A stretch of DNA of 38,340 bases, from sequence record SRR2962707_3408, one strand, 5' to 3'. Position 1 is the first letter of the stretch. Each line of letters starts with the position of its first letter. This document shows positions 1 through 8,825 of this stretch, piece after piece. A model generated the notes under the pieces. The model saw nothing but the letters and a program-made list of their open reading frames with translations. It did no database searches and was not told where the DNA came from. The translations under genes were made by a program, and so were the position numbers.

Positions 1-31
1 AAAATACCCACGTCGACGTGGGTATTTTTTT
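1..31. terminator. Bidirectional intrinsic terminator (perfect 28-bp palindrome)
   Basis: AAAATACCCACGTC|GACGTGGGTATTTT followed by further Ts; about 30 bp downstream of the minus-strand TauE gene stop. Confidence 0.8.
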
Positions 32-60
32 ATCTGTTTTGTGGGCTCGTTGTGAGGCGC

Positions 61-822
61 TTAATCGCTTAGTAACGCCGCCGCACTGCCACATACGGTC
101 ATAATAAATAGGAACCATTTTAGATGCTTTGGGTTGGCTTTAATGGCGAATTTCACCGCAAGATGCGAGCCTAACATGGTGCCAGAAGCGAGGATTAAAC
201 CAGGGATCCAAAGAATTTGGTCGTTCCAAATAAAGACCCCCAAAGCCAATGCGGTAAAGCCGATCGTACACACCATTTTCAAAGCATTGGTACGAACAAG
301 ATCATAACGCAGCGTACCCGCTAATGCGGCGATAAGAATAAACCCCACGCCTGCCTGCACGAACCCACCGTACACCCCAGCAATGAATAAGGCGATCCAT
401 GCGCTGGGCTTTTCTGACACTTTAAAGGGCACGGTTCCTTCTGGTGGCGCGATTAAGGTTGGGCGGACTATCATAATCAGCGTCATGCCTATCATGGCGC
501 TTAATAATAACGGTTTGAGCCAAGTTTCAGGTGCGTAGCTGGCAGCAAAGGCGCCTACTACACCACCGAGTAAAGAGGGAATCATCACCGGCATAATGTC
601 TGCCGTATCGAGTTTTTTTGCTTTTCTAAACCCCGCCACCGCGGTCAAGTTCTGCAAAAACACACCGACTCGGTTGGTTGCATTGGCAATATCAGCAGGC
701 ATGCCCATGACCATGAGTGCGGGTAGGGTCAGGTTAGAACCGCCACCGGCCAATGTGTTGATAATACCGGCTATAAATCCGGTGCCAATTAAGAGCGAGA
801 CAGTGAAAAGACTGTAGTCCAA
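61..822 (-). CDS. Sulfite exporter TauE/SafE family membrane protein
   Basis: 253-aa hydrophobic ORF with TTG start; family motifs GFIAGIINTLAGGGS, ANATN and GVYGGFVQAGVG. Confidence 0.9.
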   Translation of the reverse strand: MDYSLFTVSLLIGTGFIAGIINTLAGGGSNLTLPALMVMGMPADIANATNRVGVFLQNLTAVAGFRKAKKLDTADIMPVMIPSLLGGVVGAFAASYAPETWLKPLLLSAMIGMTLIMIVRPTLIAPPEGTVPFKVSEKPSAWIALFIAGVYGGFVQAGVGFILIAALAGTLRYDLVRTNALKMVCTIGFTALALGVFIWNDQILWIPGLILASGTMLGSHLAVKFAIKANPKHLKWFLFIMTVCGSAAALLSD

Positions 823-910
823 GAGAGTATCCTTACATCAACGAATGCAAATAAGAAAAGCCGAGCAAGGATACTACTAAGAAAAACACTTTTATGTGAA
901 GGAAAGAGTT

Positions 911-949
911 CCTCTGTCTGATTTATAGTCGTTATAAAGCGGACAGAGG
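911..949 (-). terminator. Stem-loop downstream of the pheC-like gene (terminator or mRNA stabiliser)
   Basis: CCTCTGTCTG...CGGACAGAGG outer stem with an inner TTTATA/TATAAA stem, 15 bp after the stop at 965. Confidence 0.55.
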
Positions 950-964
950 TTGAGCAAAAAAGAT

Positions 965-1732
965 TTATTGCAGATGATTTTCTTTCATTATCTGCTCATC
1001 AATACCTTTTAATTTCATTTCATCCATCATGAAGTTCACGGTATTTAACAGGCGTTGTTCGCCTGCTGGAATCAAATAACCGAACTGACTTTTGGTGAAT
1101 GGATTGCCGGCACGAGACGCTTCTAATTTATCGTCGGTTACTTGGTAGTAAAGCGCTTCTGGCGTTTCGGTGATCATTACATCTACCTTGCCGCTTGCCA
1201 CAGCCTTGGGAACATCGAGGTTGTTTTCAAAACGGACTAGGGTGGCGTTAGGCAGGTATTGATCGGCGAATTTTTCATTGGTACCACCGATGTTCACGCC
1301 GACTCTGACTTCTGGATGATTAACTTCTGCCAATGTATCAAACGCGGCCGTTTTGCCTTTCGCCACTAGGAAACATTTACCAAATGTCATGTACCCCTGA
1401 GAGATGTCTGCCGCCATTTGACGGGACGTTCGACGGGTAATTCCTCCCATAGCGATGTCGTATTTATCACTTTTAAGGTCGGGCACTAGGTTTTTCCATG
1501 TGGTTTGAACAAACTTCACTTCCACGCCCATTTCTTTAGCAAAATATTTTGCGACATCAATATCATAGCCAGTAAATTCTTTGCCATCATAATGCGAAAA
1601 AGGAGTGTAATCGCCGGTTGTTCCTACTGTGATATAGCCTTGTTTTTGAATGTCTTCAAGACGATCTGCTTGAGCAAACGCACTAAAGGTAAGCGCAGAA
1701 GTAATTAATAAGAAAGAGGCTGAAAGTTTCAT
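965..1732 (-). CDS. pheC: Periplasmic cyclohexadienyl dehydratase-like protein (SBP family 3 fold)
   Basis: Signal peptide (AFAQA); motifs GTTGDYTPFS, FGK, NIGGTNEKFA and MITETPEA resemble the PheC/CDT clade; no adjacent ABC permease. Confidence 0.7.
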   Translation of the reverse strand: MKLSASFLLITSALTFSAFAQADRLEDIQKQGYITVGTTGDYTPFSHYDGKEFTGYDIDVAKYFAKEMGVEVKFVQTTWKNLVPDLKSDKYDIAMGGITRRTSRQMAADISQGYMTFGKCFLVAKGKTAAFDTLAEVNHPEVRVGVNIGGTNEKFADQYLPNATLVRFENNLDVPKAVASGKVDVMITETPEALYYQVTDDKLEASRAGNPFTKSQFGYLIPAGEQRLLNTVNFMMDEMKLKGIDEQIMKENHLQ

Positions 1733-2001
1733 AAGTCGCTTTGTTATTCCAAATAAAGAGGTTGAGGGGGGATTTTTTTACAGTGTCTGAATAACTAATA
1801 GAATGTTTTCAAGCATAGAGCAAGCCAACTATTTTCACCTTCTCTCTTTATATTGTAAAAATCAACTGACAATGTGCAAAAAATCGATTATTTTGCCTCG
1901 TGGTATCAGAGGAATGGCCGTTAATAATTAGTAGGTCATCTTGCTTCACGTCTCAGTAGAGGTGTAGATACCCTTTTTTGGTCAGTTCATGAGAGGTCTC
2001 A

Positions 2002-3960
2002 ATGACAGTTCGGTCTAAGATTATTGCGTTAGTGGCGGCAGGCGTTATCCTGCCAGTTTTTATTATTTCAGCTGTGATTATAGGAAATGTTCGCTCTAAT
2101 GCTCTTGCTGATTTCTCGCGCCAAAGCCAGTTAGAAATGGGGCACGTCGACTCTTTATTTTCTATGTACCTAAATAATCTAGCGGAAAATGCGGCTTTTT
2201 TTGCCCGTACTCAAGCCTTAACAGAACTCACTCCCGGTAGCATTACCAGCTATTACGATAAAGAATCACAGCAAATGACACCGGATCAAAACTCTGAAAA
2301 AGAGCAGGCAGCGTTTGCTTTAATGGATGCGTTTGGTCAAACCCATCCGGATTTAAAATTTATTTGGTTAGGGGCAAATGACAAAGGGTATTTGCAATGG
2401 CCAAAGGGCAAGAACGTTGCGAACTACAATCCACTCACCAGAGATTGGTATAAACGCTCTATCAATAGTAAGGATGAGGCGGTACGAATTCCGGCATACA
2501 AGGATTTAGCGTCCGGCGCCCCTCTAGTAGACTTCTTGCATGCTTTTGATGGTAAAAACGGTTTCCAAGGCACGGTAGGTGTTGATGTGACTCTGCAAAA
2601 GTTGACGGAATTATTGTCTACGGTGAAATTCGGGGGCGATGGTTATGTGGTCATGGTGGAAGACACAGGTACTATTTTGGCAGACCCAAGAGACACTGAA
2701 AATAACTTTAAAGCGATTGATAAAGCTTCTTATCCGTATGGGGCGTTAACCTCAGAGGAAGGGCTGCAGAGTATCACCATTGATGGCCAAGATTGGTTTG
2801 CACGGGTTCATACATCGCCTCATTTGGGATGGAAGTTGATTGGTTTGGTGCCTGAAAAAGTTGTTTATGGTGAAGCCAATCACTTGTTAATGATTACGCT
2901 AATTATCGCGCTAGTGATGATTGTTATTTTTGTTGTGATTGGCTCTGTGTTAGCCAATATTGTGATTCGCCCAATTAAAGTGATGGCCGCTCGTTTAGAA
3001 GACATTAGCCAAGGCGAAGGGGATTTAACGCAGCGCTTAGAAGTAAAAGGCAATGACGAATCAGCACAAATGGCGGCCGCGTTTAATCAGTTTGTGGCAT
3101 CGATTGATGGCATTATTAGCCATGCAAAATCCTCGTGTCATCAGATTAGCGATGTCGCACAGCGCTCCGACGATTTGTCTTCTGAATTAACGTCAGTCGT
3201 CTCTCATCAAGTGAACTCAGTCGATCATGTGTCGACGGCGTTTAATGAAATGGTGGCGACGGCCAATGAAGTTGCTTCGAATTGCAGTACGGCAGCGCAT
3301 GCCGCAGAAAGCAGCGAGCAACAAGTTCAAGAAGGCAATAAACTGATTCAAGAAACCATGGATTCATTGAAAGGCCTAGAAACAGAATTGCTCAGCTCGA
3401 ATGAGTCGATGAAGGTGCTGTCAGAAGAATCAAATAACATTGTCAGTATTTTGGACACGATCAAAGCGATTGCAGAGCAGACCAACTTGTTGGCATTGAA
3501 TGCGGCCATAGAAGCCGCGCGCGCCGGTGAGTACGGCCGAGGGTTTGCCGTCGTGGCGGATGAAGTTCGCACCTTGGCGGGACGTACCGCAGAATCGACA
3601 GATGAAATTGATAAGTTGCTAACGCGTTTGCAGCAACAAACGAATGTATCGGCCAGTAAAATGGAACACAGTGTGAGTGTGGCGAAAGGGTCCGTTGATC
3701 TTGCCTCTCAAACGTATTCCGTGTTCGAGCAAATTCTGGCGTCTGTTTTGAGCATCAAAGACATGATGATTCAGATCAGTGCATCGGCCGAAGAACAGCA
3801 CTTGGTGGCAGAAGAAATAAACACCAATGTGATTGTTATTCACGATGGTACTGTGAAGTCGAATAATTTGTCTGAGCAAGTATCGCAAACCGCAACGGCG
3901 TTGAACGATTTGTCCAGTGAGCTACAAGGAATGGTAGAGAAGTTCAAATCGAGCCACTAA
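2002..3960 (+). CDS. Methyl-accepting chemotaxis protein (TM-dCache-TM-HAMP-MCP signalling domain)
   Basis: Two TM helices, RDWY Cache motif, HAMP segment GEGDLTQRL, signalling motif [34 protein letters not shown]. Confidence 0.95.
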   Translation: MTVRSKIIALVAAGVILPVFIISAVIIGNVRSNALADFSRQSQLEMGHVDSLFSMYLNNLAENAAFFARTQALTELTPGSITSYYDKESQQMTPDQNSEKEQAAFALMDAFGQTHPDLKFIWLGANDKGYLQWPKGKNVANYNPLTRDWYKRSINSKDEAVRIPAYKDLASGAPLVDFLHAFDGKNGFQGTVGVDVTLQKLTELLSTVKFGGDGYVVMVEDTGTILADPRDTENNFKAIDKASYPYGALTSEEGLQSITIDGQDWFARVHTSPHLGWKLIGLVPEKVVYGEANHLLMITLIIALVMIVIFVVIGSVLANIVIRPIKVMAARLEDISQGEGDLTQRLEVKGNDESAQMAAAFNQFVASIDGIISHAKSSCHQISDVAQRSDDLSSELTSVVSHQVNSVDHVSTAFNEMVATANEVASNCSTAAHAAESSEQQVQEGNKLIQETMDSLKGLETELLSSNESMKVLSEESNNIVSILDTIKAIAEQTNLLALNAAIEAARAGEYGRGFAVVADEVRTLAGRTAESTDEIDKLLTRLQQQTNVSASKMEHSVSVAKGSVDLASQTYSVFEQILASVLSIKDMMIQISASAEEQHLVAEEINTNVIVIHDGTVKSNNLSEQVSQTATALNDLSSELQGMVEKFKSSH

Positions 3961-3985
3961 GCTAAACAATCACATTAGCCTTGTT

Positions 3986-4030
3986 AAAACGCCTGCAAAT
4001 CGTTATTTCTTTGCAGGCGTTCTTGTTTTT
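3986..4030. terminator. Bidirectional terminator between the convergent MCP and MFS genes
   Basis: AACGCCTGCAAA...TTTGCAGGCGTT inverted repeat with A- and T-rich flanks. Confidence 0.8.
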
Positions 4031-4052
4031 ACAAGCGAGGCTATAGCGCGCT

Positions 4053-5264
4053 TTATTTCGTTCTTTCTGTCATTCGAATAATCAAACTTAATATGCCTGC
4101 AATGGTGGCTAACGAAACCACACCGCTCCAGCCTAGGCTCATTAACGCTTGGCTGCCAAGTGCCGAACCTGCCGCCATACCAATAAACATGCCGGTAAAA
4201 AATAGCGCATTTAGACGCCCTCGAGCAGTAGGGTCGATGCCGTAAACCAAGGTCTGGTGAGAAACCAGGGCAGCCTGTACTCCAAAATCAAAACCGATTG
4301 CAGAGAGGATGATCAAAGCAATTTGGCCATTAGTAGACAAATACGGCAGTAAGAACATCAGTGCGAACGATAAGGCCACCAATCCAGAACCGACTTGAGT
4401 AACTCGAGAAGGTCCTTGTTTGTCCGCAAGTCTACCCGCCAGCGGCGCGGCTAATGCGCCAGCCGCACCCGCCAATCCGAAGGCCCCAGCGGTGGCACTG
4501 CCAAACCCATAATTTTGATGCAGCATGACCGCAAGCGTAGACCAAAAGGCACTAAATGAAAGCGATAATAAGCCTTGAGACAGCGCGGCACGACGTAATG
4601 TTGGATGGCGATTCCAGAGTGTCAGCATAGAGCGCATAAGCGCGAGATAGCTGACATTAGTGTGGGTTTCCATGTTGGGTAACACGCGCCAAAGTATCAC
4701 GGAAATGGCGATAATACTGGCTGCCGCCGCTTGATACATGACTCGCCATCCGACCAGCTCTGTGACCACGCCACTGACCACGCGAGACAGCAAAATTCCG
4801 ATTAGCAATCCCGTCATAACAGTGCCAACAGCCTTACCTCGCTGGGCATCTGGTGCCAATATCGCCGCCGTTGGAACAATGTCCTGAGCCATAGTCGCCA
4901 TGATGCCGATGATCAAGCTGGTGACCAGCATGCCATTAAGCGATGGCATAAAGGAGCACAAGATTAAGGCCATCGCGAGCATCAATCCTTTGGCTAGGAT
5001 GACATGGCGGCGGTTAAAACGATCTCCAAGCGGAATCAATAACAAGATGCCCAAGGCATAGCCAATTTGCGTCAAGGTTGGTATTAGGCCGGTGGCACTG
5101 ACGCTGGAATGAAAGTCCTGACCAATATTGCCGAGCATGGGCTGGTTGTAATAAATCGCCGCGACACTTAATCCAGCGCCGACCGATAAACTAAAAAGAA
5201 GCGAGCGAGAAGGCCCAATCGCTTTGTGCTGGGGAGTGGCAAGGGTGTTAGTTTGCAATGACAT
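4053..5264 (-). CDS. MFS transporter (probable efflux permease)
   Basis: About 12 TM helices; motif A-like PLGDRFNRR and AGRLADKQG; start moved from 5303 to the ATG at 5264 (MSLQ). Confidence 0.9.
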   Translation of the reverse strand: MSLQTNTLATPQHKAIGPSRSLLFSLSVGAGLSVAAIYYNQPMLGNIGQDFHSSVSATGLIPTLTQIGYALGILLLIPLGDRFNRRHVILAKGLMLAMALILCSFMPSLNGMLVTSLIIGIMATMAQDIVPTAAILAPDAQRGKAVGTVMTGLLIGILLSRVVSGVVTELVGWRVMYQAAAASIIAISVILWRVLPNMETHTNVSYLALMRSMLTLWNRHPTLRRAALSQGLLSLSFSAFWSTLAVMLHQNYGFGSATAGAFGLAGAAGALAAPLAGRLADKQGPSRVTQVGSGLVALSFALMFLLPYLSTNGQIALIILSAIGFDFGVQAALVSHQTLVYGIDPTARGRLNALFFTGMFIGMAAGSALGSQALMSLGWSGVVSLATIAGILSLIIRMTERTK

Positions 5265-5357
5265 AGTAGAATCTCGTTCTGGTGAGAAGCGGTTAGAATG
5301 CACACATTTTTATCGTTTGTAGAAAAGATTGGTAGCCACAGGTAAGGTAAAACTGAT

Positions 5358-5372
5358 ATACGTTGAACGTAT
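5358..5372. promoter_or_regulatory. LysR-type operator (T-N11-A dyad)
   Basis: Perfect dyad ATACGTT-G-AACGTAT between the divergent MFS and LysR genes, overlapping the LysR ATG. Confidence 0.75.
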
Positions 5373-6315
5373 GAAAGAAATAAAATCAGGTGGCATCGAC
5401 CGTATAGAAATGATGCAGACGTTTGTGCGTATTGTTGAGAGCGGTAGCTTGTCATCGGCGGCATTGCAATTGAATACAACGCAGCCAACCGTGAGTCGTC
5501 GCTTACAGTCTTTAGAAGCAAGATTGGGCGCCAAGCTTATTATGCGCACGACGCACGCCATGAAGTTAACCGACGATGGTGAACGTTGTTATCAACATGC
5601 CAAAAAGTTACTAGAGCAGTGGGAATCACTAGAAGAAGATCTGATCAATGCCAATGATGACCCAGTCGGAACCTTAAAAGTTCGAGTTCCTCACGCGTTT
5701 GGTCAAGATCAGTTGATCGCCCCTTTGATGAAGTACTTAAACGATCACGGACAGATTTCTGTCGAGTGGATGCTCAACGACCATTCGCCTGACTTCATTA
5801 ACGATGGCATTGATTGTGCCATTCGAGTTGGCGAGATTACGGACTCGTCTATGGTGGCTATTTTATTGGCCGAAGTCCCTCGCATCATAGTCGCGTCACC
5901 CTTGTTACTAAAGCAATATTCAGAGGTGACAACACTCGATGAGTTAGAACGATTGCCTTGGGCGGCCTTGAGTACCTTTTATCGCAACAAAATAACCTTG
6001 CAGTGCGCGGCACACAACAGCAGCCGAGAGTTGGAATTTTCCCCCAGATTTATTACCGATAGCTTGTATGCATTAAGAAACACTGTGTTATCAGGGGTTG
6101 GCGTATGTGTTTCCTCAGCGTGGGTCATTAACGATGACCTTGCCTCTGGTTCACTTGTCCAGCTGCTTCCTGAGTGGCGTGCAGACCCTTTACCTGTCTA
6201 TCTTGTGTATCCCTACGCCAGCTATTACCCCGCACGTCTAAGAAAATTTTTCGAGTTGATTCGAGAAGTCATGCCCACATTAGTCGGCGCCAGACCGCCG
6301 AGCCCACAAGCATAA
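5371..6315 (+). CDS. LysR family transcriptional regulator (CrgA/DmlR-like)
   Basis: HTH FVRIVESGSLSSAALQL...VSRRLQSLE...RTT and DCAIRVG; start probably ATG 5371 rather than TTG 5329. Confidence 0.93.
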   Translation: MKEIKSGGIDRIEMMQTFVRIVESGSLSSAALQLNTTQPTVSRRLQSLEARLGAKLIMRTTHAMKLTDDGERCYQHAKKLLEQWESLEEDLINANDDPVGTLKVRVPHAFGQDQLIAPLMKYLNDHGQISVEWMLNDHSPDFINDGIDCAIRVGEITDSSMVAILLAEVPRIIVASPLLLKQYSEVTTLDELERLPWAALSTFYRNKITLQCAAHNSSRELEFSPRFITDSLYALRNTVLSGVGVCVSSAWVINDDLASGSLVQLLPEWRADPLPVYLVYPYASYYPARLRKFFELIREVMPTLVGARPPSPQA

Positions 6316-6351
6316 AAAAATGACGATAAGGTTGCCCTTATCGTCATTTTT
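6314..6351. terminator. Bidirectional intrinsic terminator
   Basis: AAAAATGACGATAAGG-ttgc-CCTTATCGTCATTTTT between convergent genes. Confidence 0.9.
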
Positions 6352-6374
6352 GTTTTGTGGGGTTAAGCTTTGAG

Positions 6375-7235
6375 TTAGAAGGCGTTGGCGACTTCTTCAG
6401 CTTGCAGATAAACGCTTTCTAAACCGTTGCCGGCTATGTACCAAAGACCAGGGTTTAGGTTGCTGACTTTGATGTCGCCACCCCCCAGTTTTGCTAAGGT
6501 TTGTTTGAAAGCCGCTAGATCCAATGCTTCTTCTGGCTTGTTGATGGCTGCGCTACGGTCAACTATGTAGAGCACATCTGGATTCATAGTGACTATGTTG
6601 GCTGGCGTTAGTGGTGTGAAGCTACGATTGCCACGTTTTTTGGTTTCTACGCCGGCAGGGATAGGGGATGGCTGAAGCCCCATGACTTGATCCACCACAG
6701 GGTAATTCCCCATCATTAAGTGGCCATTATTATGAATGACCAGGACAAAGTGTTTGTTTGGACCCACTTTGGCTTTTAGCGCATCGATCTTTGAATGCAG
6801 TGAAGCAAGCGCGGTTTTTGCTTTGTTTTCTACACCGAACTGCTTGCCAATCTGCTCTACTTGAGCGCTGAAGTTTTTCCAATAGTCTTTTGTGTCAAAG
6901 CTCATGTTTTCTACTTTAGCGAGTTTTTTCAGCTCCGCTTCGTGGCTTTGTTGGCGCCCAGAAATCATGATAAGCGTTGGTTTTGCTGTGCCCGCGGCGG
7001 TGATGTCGATATTTTTGGCGTTGCCCACGTCTACGTATTGGTCGGTATTATAGGCGGCAAGATAATGTGGCAGAGTTTGTTTGGGAACCGCTACGACTTG
7101 GTTTGCTAACCCTAACTCTGTGAGCGTGTCTAAACTGCCGTAATCAAAACTCACAATCCGCTCAGGCTGAGAGGCCATGACCAGTTGACTGGCAAGCATT
7201 AACGCACTGGAAACCACAACATTTTTGATCTTCAT
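6375..7235 (-). CDS. Iron-siderophore ABC substrate-binding protein (FatB/CeuA/YclQ-like), orphan
   Basis: Signal peptide; motifs PERIVSFDYGSLDTL, ISGRQ, VDRSAAI and WYIAGNG; Fur box upstream; ATG 7235 has a GGAG SD (GTG 7238 is an alternative). Confidence 0.85.
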   Translation of the reverse strand: MKIKNVVVSSALMLASQLVMASQPERIVSFDYGSLDTLTELGLANQVVAVPKQTLPHYLAAYNTDQYVDVGNAKNIDITAAGTAKPTLIMISGRQQSHEAELKKLAKVENMSFDTKDYWKNFSAQVEQIGKQFGVENKAKTALASLHSKIDALKAKVGPNKHFVLVIHNNGHLMMGNYPVVDQVMGLQPSPIPAGVETKKRGNRSFTPLTPANIVTMNPDVLYIVDRSAAINKPEEALDLAAFKQTLAKLGGGDIKVSNLNPGLWYIAGNGLESVYLQAEEVANAF

Positions 7236-7263
7236 CACACACTCCGACTCGTTCGTTATTTTA

Positions 7264-7283
7264 ATAAATGATAATCATTATCT
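7264..7283. promoter_or_regulatory. Fur box
   Basis: ATAAATGATAATCATTATC matches GATAATGATAATCATTATC at 16/19; 7-1-7 core TGATAATcATTATCt; about 30 bp upstream of the siderophore SBP start. Confidence 0.9.
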
Positions 7284-7480
7284 CACAGTGTAAGTGATCT
7301 GAAATCGGCCAAAACAGAGACGCACTGTTGCGTGGTATAAAACACGATAGAATGAAACCTATCTTTTTTATTCATTGGGCATCAAGCCGCGCTTTTTTAC
7401 ATTAGAATAGCGCCAAAACCTTGACCGATAGGTCAACGTTTAATGTTTATTGAACGGATTGTTTATAAAAAGGGCGTTAA

Positions 7481-8689
7481 ATGACAGTGCACACCTCTCC
7501 ATATGATACGAAAACGGCATGGCTGGAAGTAATGCTGCTATGGGCGGCAGGGATATCAGTGGCAATGCAATTTGCCAAGTTTTCCATTTCTTATGATGCG
7601 TTACTGGCGTATTACCAAGAAGGCGCAACACTCACCGGTGCGGCGATTTCCGTAGTGGGTGTGATCGGGCTTATTTTTGGTGTCTCGGCGGGGGTTGTTG
7701 TCGGCCGTGTTGGTTATCGACGTGCCCTGATTGGGGCCTTGGCATTAGGCTCGGTGATGTCCTTTTTAGAAGCCTTGATGCCAAATTTTGAGCTGATGAT
7801 GGTGTGCCGTGTGATCGAAGGCTTTTCTCAATTGGGTGTCGTTGTCGCTGCGCCGACTATGATTGCTCGCTTGAGTGCACCACAGCATCGTTCGATTACG
7901 ATGGGGCTATGGGGGACCTTCTTTGGTGTGGCGTTTGCGATGACGGGCTTATTTGGTGACATGATTCTGCGCCATTACGGTATGGGAAGTTTGTTCTTCT
8001 CCCATGGCCTCTTTATTGGGGGCGTTGCCTGTGTGCTGTATTTTCGTTTAGAGCGCAATAACCCTTTGTATGAAAACCAAACAAGCACAGCGCAGAATAA
8101 AATGTTAGCGCAAATGTCGCAGGTGTATCGTAACCCAAGAAACATACTGCCAGCCGCAATATTTTTATTTTATACCTGTATGTTTGTCTCGTTACTAACG
8201 TATGTCCCTCGCTTGATAGAAGACGAACATTTGCGCTCGGTGATTCGTACCTGTTTGCCTTTAATGAGCATTGCTGGAACGTTTTTAGCCGGTACCTTGT
8301 CTCAATATGTGATGCGCCCCCAGAACGTCGCGATCATGGCATATTTTTTGATTGCTACGAGCGCTGTGGCCTTGAATTTTCTAGTGGCTACGCCAGTGTT
8401 ATTTTGCGTGGTTGCCGGTGTGATGGTGTTGTCTGCAGGCATGGTGACTGGTGCGGCGATGTCGATGATTCCGGCACTCGCCCGTAACCCTAATGAACAA
8501 GCTCAGACCTACGGTTTAGTCGCTCAGTTAGGGAATTTAGGGTCGACCATTGGGCCGCCAAGCTTTGCGACCATGCTTAGTCTTTTTGGTGTACAAGGGC
8601 TGATTTCACTGGTGCTGATTTTTTGTGTTTGTGGCGGCAGTTTGAGTATTTTGGCGAAGCGCTTTAAAAATAATTCAGCTTCATTGTAA
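7481..8689 (+). CDS. MFS transporter
   Basis: 402-aa polytopic protein; motifs GRVGYRR and RVIEG; substrate unknown. Confidence 0.88.
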   Translation: MTVHTSPYDTKTAWLEVMLLWAAGISVAMQFAKFSISYDALLAYYQEGATLTGAAISVVGVIGLIFGVSAGVVVGRVGYRRALIGALALGSVMSFLEALMPNFELMMVCRVIEGFSQLGVVVAAPTMIARLSAPQHRSITMGLWGTFFGVAFAMTGLFGDMILRHYGMGSLFFSHGLFIGGVACVLYFRLERNNPLYENQTSTAQNKMLAQMSQVYRNPRNILPAAIFLFYTCMFVSLLTYVPRLIEDEHLRSVIRTCLPLMSIAGTFLAGTLSQYVMRPQNVAIMAYFLIATSAVALNFLVATPVLFCVVAGVMVLSAGMVTGAAMSMIPALARNPNEQAQTYGLVAQLGNLGSTIGPPSFATMLSLFGVQGLISLVLIFCVCGGSLSILAKRFKNNSASL

Positions 8690-8825
8690 GAGTTCGCAGA
8701 GTTGGTGCGTCTAACGATAAGTAGCCTTGATCTTATGCCTATGTTGTTGGTGGCGTAGATGGGATAGGAAGTAAAACATTTATGCTTAATAGGCAAATCA
8801 ACTTAATCTATTTTGGAGTTTAGCA

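Noticed and set aside
5168-5561. 117-aa and 83-aa minus-strand ORFs
   Set aside because: They overlap the LysR HTH region and the divergent promoter; no protein-like features.
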